From: Gammaproteobacteria bacterium
Lineage (GTDB): Bacteria > Pseudomonadota > Gammaproteobacteria > Eutrophobiales > Eutrophobiaceae
Direction of reading: 5' to 3'
NCBI GenBank assembly: GCA_965238225.1
Contig: OZ250183.1
Coordinates: 544,001-608,000 of the forward strand
Length of the DNA stretch: 64,000 nucleotides
Shown here: piece after piece, positions 19,804 to 30,584 of the stretch
Layout: every line of letters begins with the position of its first letter
Numbering within the stretch: position 1 is the stretch's first letter
Notes under the pieces: generated by a model
What the model saw: the letters and a program-made list of their open reading frames with translations, nothing else
What the model was told of the DNA's origin: nothing
Databases searched by the model: none
Program-made: the position numbers and the translations under genes

Positions 19804-21753
19804 ATGTCTGAAATTAAAACCTATGAAGTTTCTGCAGTGGTCAAAAGACAAGCCCATATCAATAATGAGCAATATCTAAAGATGTATCAACAATCAATTT
19901 CCCACCCTGATGAATTCTGGGCAGAACAAGCAGAGGTCTTTGTTAGTTGGTTTACACGCTGGGATAAGGTGCAGTCCTGTCATTTTGGTGCAGATGTTAG
20001 TGTTAAATGGTTTGAAGGAGCCAAACTGAATGTTTCTTTTAATTGCCTTGATAGACATTTAAAAACACGAGGGGATCAAATTGCAATTATTTGGGAAGGC
20101 GATGACCATCACATCAGCAAAACAATTACCTATAAAGAACTGTATGAAGAAGTTTGTCGTTTTGCCAATGTGTTGAAAGATCGAGGCGTGAAAAAGGGAG
20201 ATTGTATTTCTATCTATATGCCCATGGTTCCTGAAGCGGCGGTTGCTATGCTGGCTTGTACGCGCATTGGCGCCGTGCATTCAGTCGTCTTTGGTGGTTT
20301 TTCTCCAGAAGCACTCAAGGGTAGGATTCTTGATTCTGACTGTCAGGTCGTTATTACGGCCGATGAAGGTGTGCGTGGCGGCAAACCTGTGCCATTAAAA
20401 GAGAACGTCAACAAAGCCCTGCAATCTTGCCCTCGTGTGCATACTGTTGTCGTTACAAAAGTGACGGGTAGCGTGGTTGAATGGAATAATGAGCGGGATA
20501 TTTGGTATGCAGAATCTGTTGCAGATGCATCATCAGATTGCCCGCCCGAAGAGATGGATGCAGAAGATCCCCTGTTTATTCTTTATACCTCTGGCTCAAC
20601 AGGCAAGCCGAAAGGAGTGTTACATACGACAGGTGGTTATTTGTTATATGCCGCCATGACCCATAAATATATTTTTGATTATCATGATGGTGATATTTAT
20701 TGGTGTACTGCTGATGTTGGTTGGGTAACAGGTCATACGTATATTATCTATGGACCTTTGTGTAATGGAGCAACGACCCTTATGTTTGAAGGTATTCCAA
20801 CCTATCCTGATGCGGGACGTTTCTGGCAAGTCGTTGACAAACATCAAGTAAATATTTTTTATACAGCACCAACAGCCATTCGCGCGCTTATGGGGGCGGG
20901 CGATGACTTCGTCACCAAACACTCTCGTAAGAGTTTACGCATATTAGGTTCTGTTGGGGAGCCTATAAACCCGGAAGCATGGGAGTGGTATTACCATGTT
21001 GTAGGCAATGGAGATTGCCCGATAATGGATACTTGGTGGCAAACGGAAACAGGAGGCATCATGATTACACCTTTGTCTGGTGCGACTGTTCTAAAGCCCG
21101 GTTCTGCAACACGGCCTTTTTTTGGTATTGAACCTGCCATTGTCGATGACCAGGGAAAAGAATTAGAAGGTGAGGCTTCTGGTAATTTAGTTATCAAGCG
21201 TTCTTGGCCCGGACAAATGCGTACAATTTTTGGTGATCATGACCGCTTTATCGAAACCTATTTTAAAATGTACTCAGGAAATTACTTTAGTGGAGATGGT
21301 GCAAGACGTGATGAGGATGGTTATTACTGGATCACAGGTCGAATAGACGATGTGATTAATGTATCTGGACACAGGATGGGTACAGCAGAAGTTGAAAGTG
21401 CATTGGTGTTGCATGATGTTGTTTCTGAGGCAGCGGTTGTTGGCTACCCGCATGATATTAAAGGACAGGGTATTTATGCCTATGTGACATTAATGGCAGG
21501 AACTCCTGCCAGCGACGAATTGCGTGAAGAATTGATTCAACATGTACGCAAGGAGATAGGCGCGATTGCAGCACCGGATTTATTGCAGTGGGCACCTGGA
21601 CTACCAAAAACACGTTCAGGAAAAATCATGCGAAGAATCTTGCGCAAGCTTGCAGAAAATGAATTGCAGGCACTGGGTGACACCAGCACCTTGGCTGACC
21701 CTTCTGTGCTCGATCATCTCATCGAAAATCGGCTAAATAAGTCAGCCGAATAA
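19804..21753 (+). CDS. acs: Acetyl-CoA synthetase
   Basis: [21 protein letters not shown] and [11 protein letters not shown] motifs. Confidence 0.98.
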   Translation: MSEIKTYEVSAVVKRQAHINNEQYLKMYQQSISHPDEFWAEQAEVFVSWFTRWDKVQSCHFGADVSVKWFEGAKLNVSFNCLDRHLKTRGDQIAIIWEGDDHHISKTITYKELYEEVCRFANVLKDRGVKKGDCISIYMPMVPEAAVAMLACTRIGAVHSVVFGGFSPEALKGRILDSDCQVVITADEGVRGGKPVPLKENVNKALQSCPRVHTVVVTKVTGSVVEWNNERDIWYAESVADASSDCPPEEMDAEDPLFILYTSGSTGKPKGVLHTTGGYLLYAAMTHKYIFDYHDGDIYWCTADVGWVTGHTYIIYGPLCNGATTLMFEGIPTYPDAGRFWQVVDKHQVNIFYTAPTAIRALMGAGDDFVTKHSRKSLRILGSVGEPINPEAWEWYYHVVGNGDCPIMDTWWQTETGGIMITPLSGATVLKPGSATRPFFGIEPAIVDDQGKELEGEASGNLVIKRSWPGQMRTIFGDHDRFIETYFKMYSGNYFSGDGARRDEDGYYWITGRIDDVINVSGHRMGTAEVESALVLHDVVSEAAVVGYPHDIKGQGIYAYVTLMAGTPASDELREELIQHVRKEIGAIAAPDLLQWAPGLPKTRSGKIMRRILRKLAENELQALGDTSTLADPSVLDHLIENRLNKSAE

Positions 21754-21992
21754 GTAATCGCTATAATTATTTTGACCATGGATGACTTGGGTGCAAAGCA
21801 TAGGAAGTGTGAGAAGACTTTTTAGCGAGCATTCTGAATAAATCTAAAATCAACCAAAATAGACAAAAAATTAAGACTATAATTATAGAGAATTTTCTAT
21901 AAAACGGATAAATAGGCCAGCCTAAAGAAATAAAAACTTTATGGTTTTATGTTGAAAATATTTATATATCAAAATCTGCACGTGTATTTAAA

Positions 21993-22006
21993 TTGATAAT
22001 TATCAA
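21993..22006. promoter_or_regulatory. Perfect FNR/ANR/DNR-type box
   Basis: TTGAT-AATT-ATCAA matches TTGAT-N4-ATCAA; it also partly resembles a Fur box. Confidence 0.45.
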
Positions 22007-22127
22007 TATCTATTTCTCTATCGCTTTGCTTAGCGATTATCGAATCGCTTTATGACACCATTATTACGACAGAAAAGAAGCTCTAAGAGAAAGATAATAA
22101 GAGAACAATACTGGAGAGACTGATAAC

Positions 22128-23144
22128 TTGAAAAAAGATAGTACAAGGACTTTTTTAGCCTTCTTACTGACACCGCTATAACAGGCTGTTTGTGTATGCC
22201 GATTCATTTAGCCTTCTTAAGAACGAGAAACTTGCACTACGAAGCAGTGTCCGCAGAAGCGTTTGGAATAGTATTCCTCGGATCGCCCAGATTAGCGTCC
22301 GTAGTAGCGCTCTTCGCAGGCTCTATTGTATGTGTTGCTATATATATATTTGAAATTACCTTGTTTTGCCTATGTATGTATATTTGTCGCGCAAAAAATG
22401 TGCGAACATTGTTAACGTTACGCTTAGCGCAATATGCGTCAGTCTGATTGCATGTGCAATTAGTATATATTATACCCGGCGATGGCACATGTTTATTCGG
22501 CGGCGGCAAATATTTATTCTCTCTTATTTTCTACCATAATTGGTGCGCTTTCAGGTCTTGTATTTTTCTTTATTTGCGGGGAAGGTCAAGCCAACAAAAA
22601 CAAAAAAAATATTCATAAATCTCTTTTGTTCATTACGTTGATGTTAATTGCGTCGATTATCTTTGAGTATAATTATTTTAACATAGAGAGGCAGGGCGTA
22701 CTTCATCAGCGTCTTGAAGCTATGAATGTAAATAAGTATCAATACCTGAAGGAAATTTATGATGAATCTTGGGACGAGGTGTGTGTTTTGAGCCCGTACA
22801 CGCGCAATGTTTCAAGCGATTCAGACAACCGTGAATTTTATCATAAAAAAATTCGTCAGCATCATCTCGATACTAGTAGAGACAATTTGTGGTATTTATT
22901 ATTCAAAAGAGATGAAGAATTTTTTTCTGTAAGTTTTGAGGGACGTCTTTCGTTCAAACAACACGGATTTGATGAGAGTATTCAAGAAAGCTTTAAAGCA
23001 TCAGGTTTTAAACCAAAAGACTGTGTCGATTTTGAAAACGCAGTATTTTTTAGATTTATAGAAAGCTATAACAGCATACATAACAACCTTAAACTTAACT
23101 TTGAAAATATAAGCCTGGGAGAATATAATAATGGCAAGAAATGA
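22128..23144 (+). pseudogene. Frameshifted multi-TM membrane protein with an extracytoplasmic C-terminal domain (3' part is ORF 22482..23144)
   Basis: GGAG RBS, then TTG start MKKDSTRTFLAFLLTPL; hydrophobic segments continue in alternating frames into 22482..23144. Confidence 0.5.
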
Positions 23145-23297
23145 CTGTGGTAATACAACAAACGTGGACACCTATAATCAAAGTGATGAGTTTTGTTAGT
23201 ACAACATTTTACATGGTAGCATAGGAACATTCAGATTTTGATTGTAGTATGGATGCAAACTCTTGAGGACAAACAAACTTTTTTAAAGTATTAGATT

Positions 23298-24419
23298 ATG
23301 AACGATAAAATAAAATTCCCTTTTTGGGATGTGGCACGGATGAATCACGACTGGATAGATAGCCAAGCAGATTGGTTTCAAAATCAAAACCAATATATGG
23401 ATGCATGGTCTTCTTTCCAGCAACATCTACCGAATTCATCTTCTGGGATTCTGCCAATGCTTGAAGCGATGAATAGCTGGTGGAGGCAAGCTTCACCTGC
23501 CCTATCAGGGCAGAACCATGATTTTTATAGTAAGATTATAAAGCAGGGACAGGCTTTTTATTTTATGGGAGAACAATTCAATAAAATTCTTGAAGGAATA
23601 AATGATGTCAGCAAGAAATCTGAAGACTGGCAGAAAGTATTGAATGATAACTTCGATCTAATGAAGTCTGCTTTAGAAGATGCCAACACAAGTATGCAAG
23701 GTGTTTTTACAAACCCATCTTTCATGTCAGGTGAGTCATGTGATGAACAATTTAAAATAGCTGACACGGCAGCCTTTTTTGAAAAATTATTATCAATTCC
23801 GGGGTTTGGGCCAGAACGTAAAACGCTAGCTCAGACGCAAAAAGGTATCAAGCTGCTCAACGAATATCATAAGGTTGCTAGTGAACATCAGGCACAGATA
23901 AACAAGGCTGGTGTTGAGGCTTTAGAAACCATGCGTCTTAGAATCCTGAAAATGGCAGAACAAGACAAGAAGATTAATAGTTTGCGTGAGATTTATGATA
24001 TGTGGGTAGATTGCAATGAGACAGCCTACGCCAAACTTGTCCACACAGATAAATACTCTAAGCTTTATGGTTGCCTGACGAACTCTTTGCTTGCTGTTAA
24101 ACAACATCAAGGTAAGGTGATGGGTGAATTTCTGGAAAAATTAGATATACCTACACGCCAAGGGATAGATGCTGCTTTAAAGCGTATTCAAGAAATGAAG
24201 CGAACCCAGTTGGAATATGCTGCGAGAATTACAGCATTGGAAGATGAGATTAAAGATTTGCGTCAACTAACAAAAGGCAAGAGAAAATCCTCTGTATCAG
24301 TTACGCCTCGTTCGGCGAAGGTTGCCAGAAAAAAACCTAAAAATAAAGTAAGGAAAAAAATTTCTAAAAAAACGACTAAAAAGTCTTCCGCCAAAAAAGC
24401 AATTGTTATCGATATTTAA
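23298..24419 (+). CDS. phaE: Class III PHA synthase subunit PhaE
   Basis: PGFGPER, SLREIYDMWVDCNETAY and LDIPTR motifs; directly upstream of phaC; Lys-rich tail. Confidence 0.9.
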   Translation: MNDKIKFPFWDVARMNHDWIDSQADWFQNQNQYMDAWSSFQQHLPNSSSGILPMLEAMNSWWRQASPALSGQNHDFYSKIIKQGQAFYFMGEQFNKILEGINDVSKKSEDWQKVLNDNFDLMKSALEDANTSMQGVFTNPSFMSGESCDEQFKIADTAAFFEKLLSIPGFGPERKTLAQTQKGIKLLNEYHKVASEHQAQINKAGVEALETMRLRILKMAEQDKKINSLREIYDMWVDCNETAYAKLVHTDKYSKLYGCLTNSLLAVKQHQGKVMGEFLEKLDIPTRQGIDAALKRIQEMKRTQLEYAARITALEDEIKDLRQLTKGKRKSSVSVTPRSAKVARKKPKNKVRKKISKKTTKKSSAKKAIVIDI

Positions 24420-24453
24420 TTGTTATCGATATTTATATATAGGAGCATAACAC

Positions 24454-25518
24454 GTGATTCCTTTCCAAATGAGACCTGATGAAATTATTGAGGAGATATC
24501 AAATTTTAACAGAAAGCTTGCGCAAGGTTTTAATAGCCTAACTGAGATTGGCGAGTTTTGCGACGGTGTTTCGCCAAAGGATGCCGTCTACCAAGAAGAC
24601 AAGATGGTACTTTATCACTACAAACCTCGCGTTAAAAAACAAAACCCCATTCCGTTACTTATCGTCTATGCGCTGGTGAATCGCCCATATATGGCTGATC
24701 TACAGGAAGGTAGATCAATGATTCAAGGCCTGCTCAATACAGGCGTAGATGTCTATCTAGTTGACTGGGGTTATCCAGATGCCGCTGATGGCTACTTAAC
24801 GTTAGAAGACTACATTAATGGTTATATTGATAACTGTGTTGATGTAATACGCGAGCAACATGGTATCGACAAAATCAATATCTTGGGCATTTGTCAGGGC
24901 GGGACTTTTAGTCTTTGTTACACCGCACTGCACCAAGAAAAGATTAAAAATATTATCACTACCGTCACACCGGTAGATTTTCATACCAAGAATGATTTAC
25001 TAAGCAAGATGGTGCGCCATGTTGACGTAGATTTACTTGTCGATACAGAAGGCAATATTCTAGGAGATAGCATAAATTCTATTTATCTGTCTATGAAACC
25101 TTTTAAGTTGATGGGGCAGAAATATATTGAGCTGGTTGATATTTTGGACGATACAGAAAAATTACGTAATTTCATGCGTATGGAAAAATGGATTTTTGAT
25201 AGCCCTGATCAAGGCGGTGAGATCATTAGACAATTTACTAAGAAGTTCTATCAAGAAAATGCTCTAGTGAAAGGTGCTGTCAAAATAGGTGATGATACGG
25301 TCTGTCTGGAGAATATTACAGTGCCCGTATTAAATATTTATGCGGCAGAAGATCACTTGGTACCACCTGATTCATCTAAGGCATTAGGCGGCTGTGTTTC
25401 AAGTAAGGATTATACAGAACTTGAATTTCCTGGCGGGCATATTGGCATTTACGTAAGCAACAAGGCGCAGGCTATGATTCCTCCTGCGGTGGGCGAATGG
25501 CTAGACAAAAGGACTTAA
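24454..25518 (+). CDS. phaC: Class III PHA synthase subunit PhaC
   Basis: VYALVNRPY, lipase box GICQGG, EDHLVPP and GGHIGIY motifs. Confidence 0.97.
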   Translation: MIPFQMRPDEIIEEISNFNRKLAQGFNSLTEIGEFCDGVSPKDAVYQEDKMVLYHYKPRVKKQNPIPLLIVYALVNRPYMADLQEGRSMIQGLLNTGVDVYLVDWGYPDAADGYLTLEDYINGYIDNCVDVIREQHGIDKINILGICQGGTFSLCYTALHQEKIKNIITTVTPVDFHTKNDLLSKMVRHVDVDLLVDTEGNILGDSINSIYLSMKPFKLMGQKYIELVDILDDTEKLRNFMRMEKWIFDSPDQGGEIIRQFTKKFYQENALVKGAVKIGDDTVCLENITVPVLNIYAAEDHLVPPDSSKALGGCVSSKDYTELEFPGGHIGIYVSNKAQAMIPPAVGEWLDKRT

Positions 25519-25702
25519 GTGCAGCACATCTATCTGATTTTAAATTTTATTTAAAATGCATAAAAAATAGAGACATTTAGAATTCTGCGCCAGTATAAAG
25601 TTAACATAATAAAGACAATGCAAGCGAAATCAAAATAAACTCGAGAAAAATAGAATATTTATAACGCTGTTTTTGGCAAATAAAATTCTTGATAAAGAAA
25701 AA

Positions 25703-26116
25703 CTACTTATTTCTACTTTTAGTCTTCTTTCTTGATTTTTTCTTCGCGGTCTTTTTGATTGTTGTAGATGTAGACCTTTTTTCGAAGCCCATAAATTTGT
25801 CAGTCCAGTGAGTAACTTCACTACTACAATTTTTAAGAATTTCTCCAGTAGACTGCACAATTGACATCAATCTATTGTTATATTCAGAAGCCAATTCAGC
25901 TTGTGCTGTTAATAATGATTGTGGATTCTGCATATTCTTACTTGTCGTTGCCATTTCAATTTCTTTTTTACTTGCCTCCATGCAGGTATCTAATATAGCC
26001 AGTTGCTGCTCGGTTAGTTTCTCAATAATTTTCGTGTTGATATTGCCCAGTTCTTTCATTGACTTAATAGCGGTTTTTGAAATCTCACCCCATTTTTTTG
26101 TTGCGTCATTTGTCAT
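25703..26116 (-). CDS. phaP: Phasin family protein with basic C-terminal tail
   Basis: EKLTEQQLA...LLTAQAELA phasin pattern; inside the PHA cluster. Confidence 0.8.
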   Translation of the reverse strand: MTNDATKKWGEISKTAIKSMKELGNINTKIIEKLTEQQLAILDTCMEASKKEIEMATTSKNMQNPQSLLTAQAELASEYNNRLMSIVQSTGEILKNCSSEVTHWTDKFMGFEKRSTSTTIKKTAKKKSRKKTKSRNK

Positions 26117-26144
26117 ATTTATTCATTCCATTTTAAATGATATT

Positions 26145-26183
26145 AAAAAACAAAGCCTGCGTCATGACAACACAGGCTTTTGT
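26145..26183 (-). terminator. Rho-independent terminator after the upstream phasin gene
   Basis: - strand AAAGCCTG...CAGGCTTT hairpin followed by GTTTTTT. Confidence 0.6.
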
Positions 26184-26206
26184 CAGATTTGACGTTATTG
26201 CCTAAT

Positions 26207-26578
26207 TTAAGCAGCTTTCACTGTTGGGTTGTTACGAGCAGCTTCCTTCGCTACTGTTTCAAGCCACTCGGACACGCCTTCTTTGGACTCATTGAGAATA
26301 TCCAGTGTGTCGCGGGCAATATCCTGTGATGTGCTACTAATAACATCGGCGATATCAGCTTGACCTGTAACCACTGCTTGATAACTCTTTGCAGTGCCAG
26401 CCAGCTTTAGTTGGCTGGTGATAGACTTCATACCCAATGTTGCCATGGCTACCTGTTGGTCAAAAATCTGTTCGACGGTGTTTGCGCCTATGGTGTAGAA
26501 GTCCTTAGTCATGTTGTAGGTAGATTGCGCCATCTTGTTCACGTTTTCATTTATTTCTTCAAGGTTAATGTTTGTCAT
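26207..26578 (-). CDS. phaP: Phasin family protein
   Basis: GGAGG RBS before MTNIN at 26578; phasin-like amphipathic helices. Confidence 0.8.
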   Translation of the reverse strand: MTNINLEEINENVNKMAQSTYNMTKDFYTIGANTVEQIFDQQVAMATLGMKSITSQLKLAGTAKSYQAVVTGQADIADVISSTSQDIARDTLDILNESKEGVSEWLETVAKEAARNNPTVKAA

Positions 26579-26613
26579 GTTGTAAATCCTCCAAATATTG
26601 AGTAAAAATATAA

Positions 26614-26645
26614 TTTGTGCACTGCAATATATTGCTATGCAGCAT
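26614..26645. promoter_or_regulatory. Candidate PhaR operator upstream of phasin
   Basis: TTTGTGCACTGCA...TTGCTATGCAGCA; the 13-mer TTTGTGCACTGCA recurs inverted upstream of phaA (30421-30433). Confidence 0.55.
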
Positions 26646-26821
26646 AAATGAAAACAAGCAGTCTTGTCAAGCAAATTTTAGGAGAAATATTAATTAATAT
26701 AAGTGATTACTTACTTTTATTAATATATATATTTTTTGTAGAATAAAGCTTAAATAGATGGGTGATAATGTACAAAACTTACACCAAAAAAACAGGCAAG
26801 AGTTTGCTGCATCTTATGAAA

Positions 26822-27781
26822 CTAGCCCATGAACAAGCCACCATTGATAGACAGATCTGAGCCTGTGATATAAGCAGAGTCAGCGTGTGCCAAGAAGGCA
26901 ACGGCATTACCAATTTCAGAAGGTTGAGCCAGTCGACCAAGTGGAATTTTTGCAACAATGTTGTCTACAACATCCTTTGGCATAGCTTGTACCATGCTGG
27001 TATTAACATAACCAGGCGAAACGGTATTTACTGTAATACCGTCATCGGCAAGCTCTCTGGCCAAGGATTTTGTGAACCCAAGCATACCCGCTTTGGCAGC
27101 AGAATAATTAGTTTGACCAAATTGACCTTTAAGACCATTCACTGAAGATATATTGATGATTCTTCCATATTTACGCTTAACCATGCCTTCCACAAAACTG
27201 CGGGTCACATTAAAAACACTGTCGAGGTTAGTGTCTAAAACAGCACGCCAGTTCTCTTTTTCCATATTTTTTAGTGTTGCATCACGCGTAATACCAGCAC
27301 AATTGACCAGAATATCGATTCTGTCGTAATCATTTTCCAGTTCTTTTGCCATTTTTTTGCAGGCTTTGAAGTTTGCAGCATCACACTCGATGACATGAAT
27401 ATCTAAGCCTTCCTCAAGTCGTTCTTGCTGCCATTTGATGGCACGTTCTGCCTCAAAAGAAATGTAGGTTGCAATTATCTTATTTCCATGTCTGGCAAGA
27501 CTTTTGCAAATGTCAGTTCCAATCCCACCAATCCCACCTGTGACAACAGCGACGTGACCTGTATTAGGTTGTGATGTTATTGCTGTGTTCTTCTTTTTAA
27601 TAGTGTGTGGGAAAAATAAATTGAATATTGCTGTATGTTGTTTGGCAATTTTCGTGGCTGCACTGTTTGTTATTTCTGTAAATTTAAAAAAATAATTCAT
27701 GGTGGCACTCATGGGGTCATGCCAATTTTCGATCATCTCAGTGTAGATTTTCTGTGGCTGTTTAGTAAATTCTATAGACAT
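26822..27781 (-). CDS. phaB: Acetoacetyl-CoA reductase with ~75-aa phasin-like N-terminal extension
   Basis: VTGGIGGIG, NCAGITRD and NISSVNGLKGQFGQTNYSAAKAG motifs. Confidence 0.9.
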   Translation of the reverse strand: MSIEFTKQPQKIYTEMIENWHDPMSATMNYFFKFTEITNSAATKIAKQHTAIFNLFFPHTIKKKNTAITSQPNTGHVAVVTGGIGGIGTDICKSLARHGNKIIATYISFEAERAIKWQQERLEEGLDIHVIECDAANFKACKKMAKELENDYDRIDILVNCAGITRDATLKNMEKENWRAVLDTNLDSVFNVTRSFVEGMVKRKYGRIINISSVNGLKGQFGQTNYSAAKAGMLGFTKSLARELADDGITVNTVSPGYVNTSMVQAMPKDVVDNIVAKIPLGRLAQPSEIGNAVAFLAHADSAYITGSDLSINGGLFMG

Positions 27782-27836
27782 GCTTTAAGTAGTTTTTTTT
27801 ATTTTATAAATCGAAACTCACACTCATGTAACCAGT

Positions 27837-28292
27837 CTAGCGTTTTTCTTTATCAGAGTTCAAGTTCGCAGCCTTAAAAAAAACCTCTTGCATATCCTGC
27901 CACATGTTGAGGTTTTTTTCTGTTATCTCATCCATAGCGGTGAGCGGGTTAGCTGTCACAGCATCTTGCATCTGTTTTTGTTGGTTTACAAATAATTCTA
28001 GGCTTTTTGTGATGAAATCACCAGCAAGACTTTGCATGGAGTTGTCATAAAAACGAATGATTTGTGATAACGCCGATGCAGAGAAAAATGGTTCGCCATT
28101 ATGTTCTTGTTCTGAAATTATTTGTAGCAAGATGCCTCTGGTTAGATCTTCATCAGTTTTGATATCTTTGACAATGAAATTAATATTCTTAATAACCAAC
28201 TGTCTGATATTATCAAGCGTGATGTATTTGCTAATTTCCGTATCGTATAAACGACGGTTAGGATATTTCTTAATGATTCGTGTTTTACTCAT
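27837..28292 (-). CDS. phaR: PHA synthesis repressor PhaR
   Basis: IIKKYPNRRLYDT...YITL and DLTRGILLQII motifs. Confidence 0.95.
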   Translation of the reverse strand: MSKTRIIKKYPNRRLYDTEISKYITLDNIRQLVIKNINFIVKDIKTDEDLTRGILLQIISEQEHNGEPFFSASALSQIIRFYDNSMQSLAGDFITKSLELFVNQQKQMQDAVTANPLTAMDEITEKNLNMWQDMQEVFFKAANLNSDKEKR

Positions 28293-28380
28293 AACTCTAT
28301 TGATCAGCTGTTTATTATTAAAGTATCGATTGGAATATTCTCTGTACTGTCAAAACATTCAAGGCTTAAGCTAGCATTTT

Positions 28381-29127
28381 TTACATCATATGTTGACCAC
28401 CATTCATTGAAAAGTCAGCGCCAGTTGCAAACCCAGCCTCTTTTGAGGCAAGGAAGTTAACCAAAGCTGCGATTTCTTCCGGGGCGCCAAGACGGTTCAC
28501 TGGAATCCCCGAGATGATAGAGTTACGAATGTCTTCAGGGACAGCCATTACCATTTCTGTTGCTATATACCCGGGAGAAACTGTATTCACAGTCACGCCA
28601 CTACGAGCCACTTCCTGTGCTAAGGCCATGGTAAAACCATGCATGCCAGCCTTTGAGGCGGCATAATTTGTCTGACCTAATTGGCCTTTTTGTCCGTTGA
28701 TTGATGAGATGTTGATAATACGCCCCCAACCACGATCAACCATGCCCTTAATAAGGGGTTTGGTGATATTGAACAGACCATCAAGATTGATACTCATAAC
28801 GGCATCCCATTTTTCCTTGCTCATCTTTTTGAACATACTATCTTTGGTAATACCAGCATTGTTGACAAGGATATCAATTGGATCGAGATCTTTTTCTATC
28901 TGTTCTATCAGTGATTGACAGGCATCGAAATCAGAAATATCAGTACGGTAGATAGCAATATCATGACCAGCTTTCTTTACCTCTGTTTGCCAGATTTTGG
29001 CTTTTTCTTCATTGCGGTAGTTGGTTGCCACCTTGGCACCAGATTCGGCAAATTTACAGCAAATAGCTGCACCAATACCGCCTGTTCCACCTGTAACGAG
29101 TGCTACTCTTCCTTTTAGATTTGACAT
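28381..29127 (-). CDS. phaB: Acetoacetyl-CoA reductase
   Basis: VTGGTGGIG, NNAGITKD and GQTNYAASKAG motifs; likely start MSNLKG at 29127. Confidence 0.95.
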   Translation of the reverse strand: MSNLKGRVALVTGGTGGIGAAICCKFAESGAKVATNYRNEEKAKIWQTEVKKAGHDIAIYRTDISDFDACQSLIEQIEKDLDPIDILVNNAGITKDSMFKKMSKEKWDAVMSINLDGLFNITKPLIKGMVDRGWGRIINISSINGQKGQLGQTNYAASKAGMHGFTMALAQEVARSGVTVNTVSPGYIATEMVMAVPEDIRNSIISGIPVNRLGAPEEIAALVNFLASKEAGFATGADFSMNGGQHMM

Positions 29128-29132
29128 TATTC

Positions 29133-30314
29133 TTACCTCTCGACCGCTAATGCAACGCCCTGACCACCGCCAATACACAGTGTGGCCAAACCTTTTTTGG
29201 CATCACTACGTTTCATTTCGTGTAGCAAGGTGACCAGTACACGGCAACCAGATGCACCAATAGGATGTCCCAAGGCGATGGCACCGCCGTTGACATTTAC
29301 TTTCGTTGTATCCCAACCAATATCGTTGTTGACTGATATTGCCTGTGCAGCAAAAGCCTCGTTGGCTTCAATCAGATCTAGGTCTTCGTGTTTCCAGCCC
29401 GCTTTTTCTAGGCATTTCTGAGAAGCGGGCACTGGGCCTGTACCCATAATGGCAGGGTTTACTCCTGCGCTTGAGTAAGCGACGATGGTAGCCAGTGGTT
29501 TTATGTCTAATTCTTTAGCTTTGTTATGAGACATGACAACTACAGCAGCAGCACCATCATTTAAACCTGAAGCATTGGCGGCAGTCACTGTGCCTTCTTT
29601 ATCAAAAGCAGGACGCATCTTTTTAAGTTTCTCTGCTGTGACACCTGCGCGTGGGAATTCATCTTTATCAAAGACGGTAGGTTCACCTTTGCGCTGAGGA
29701 ATCTCAACAGGGATAATTTCGTCATCAAACTTGTTTGCAGCTGTTGCTGCTTCTGCTTTATTCTGACTGGCAGCAGAAAATTCATCCTGAGCATCGCGTG
29801 AGATATCAAATTCTTTAGCAATATTTTCCGCAGTGATGCCCATATGATAATCATTGAAAGCACACCAGAGACCATCAACAATCATAGAGTCTTTTAATTC
29901 CCAGTCTCCTATCTTCTGACCATCTCGTGATTTAGGCAGAACATGGGGGGATAGACTCATGTTTTCTTGACCACCAGCAACGATGATGTCGGCATCGCCA
30001 CACATAATTGCCTGTGCAGCTAAATGAACAGTTTTAAGACCACTGCCGCAGACCTTGTTGATAGTCATGCTTGGAGTGGTCTCTGGAATATTCGCTGCGA
30101 TAGCAGCTTGTCTTGCCGGATTTTGTCCTGCGCCTGCTGTCAATACTTGACCAAAGATAACTTCATCTATCTGTTCAGGTTTGAGGCCAGCTCGCCCCAG
30201 CACACCGGAAATAACGGTTGCTCCCAATGAGTAGGCTGGTACGCTCGCCAGTGACCCGCCAAACGTGCCAATTGCAGTTCGGCCAGCAGCAACGATAACA
30301 ACTTTATCTGGCAT
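29133..30314 (-). CDS. phaA: Acetyl-CoA acetyltransferase (beta-ketothiolase)
   Basis: [22 protein letters not shown] and CIGGGQG motifs. Confidence 0.96.
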   Translation of the reverse strand: MPDKVVIVAAGRTAIGTFGGSLASVPAYSLGATVISGVLGRAGLKPEQIDEVIFGQVLTAGAGQNPARQAAIAANIPETTPSMTINKVCGSGLKTVHLAAQAIMCGDADIIVAGGQENMSLSPHVLPKSRDGQKIGDWELKDSMIVDGLWCAFNDYHMGITAENIAKEFDISRDAQDEFSAASQNKAEAATAANKFDDEIIPVEIPQRKGEPTVFDKDEFPRAGVTAEKLKKMRPAFDKEGTVTAANASGLNDGAAAVVVMSHNKAKELDIKPLATIVAYSSAGVNPAIMGTGPVPASQKCLEKAGWKHEDLDLIEANEAFAAQAISVNNDIGWDTTKVNVNGGAIALGHPIGASGCRVLVTLLHEMKRSDAKKGLATLCIGGGQGVALAVER

Positions 30315-30584
30315 ATGGGTATTTTCTCCAAAAAAATAATGCAGTGCTTTATGCCCATAAATCCATGAGTTGTATTACGTTAAATCTCGCATTACTCTAA
30401 GCGTATACTTCAATTTACGCTGCAGTGCACAAAAACTTCAGCGAATCCTAACAGAATCTTTGTGCTGATTCCAGCGCTAGTTTGATGAAAAAATAGGAAA
30501 TCAGATAAACATGAGGCCAGATAAACATGAGGCCAAATGTAAGCGGGGCAATGGGATCGAGTCAATGTATGTTGGATGTGCTCA

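Noticed and set aside
25599-25626. dif-like sequence (AGTTAACATAA resembles the XerD arm)
   Set aside because: The XerC arm is poorly matched; probably chance in AT-rich intergenic DNA.
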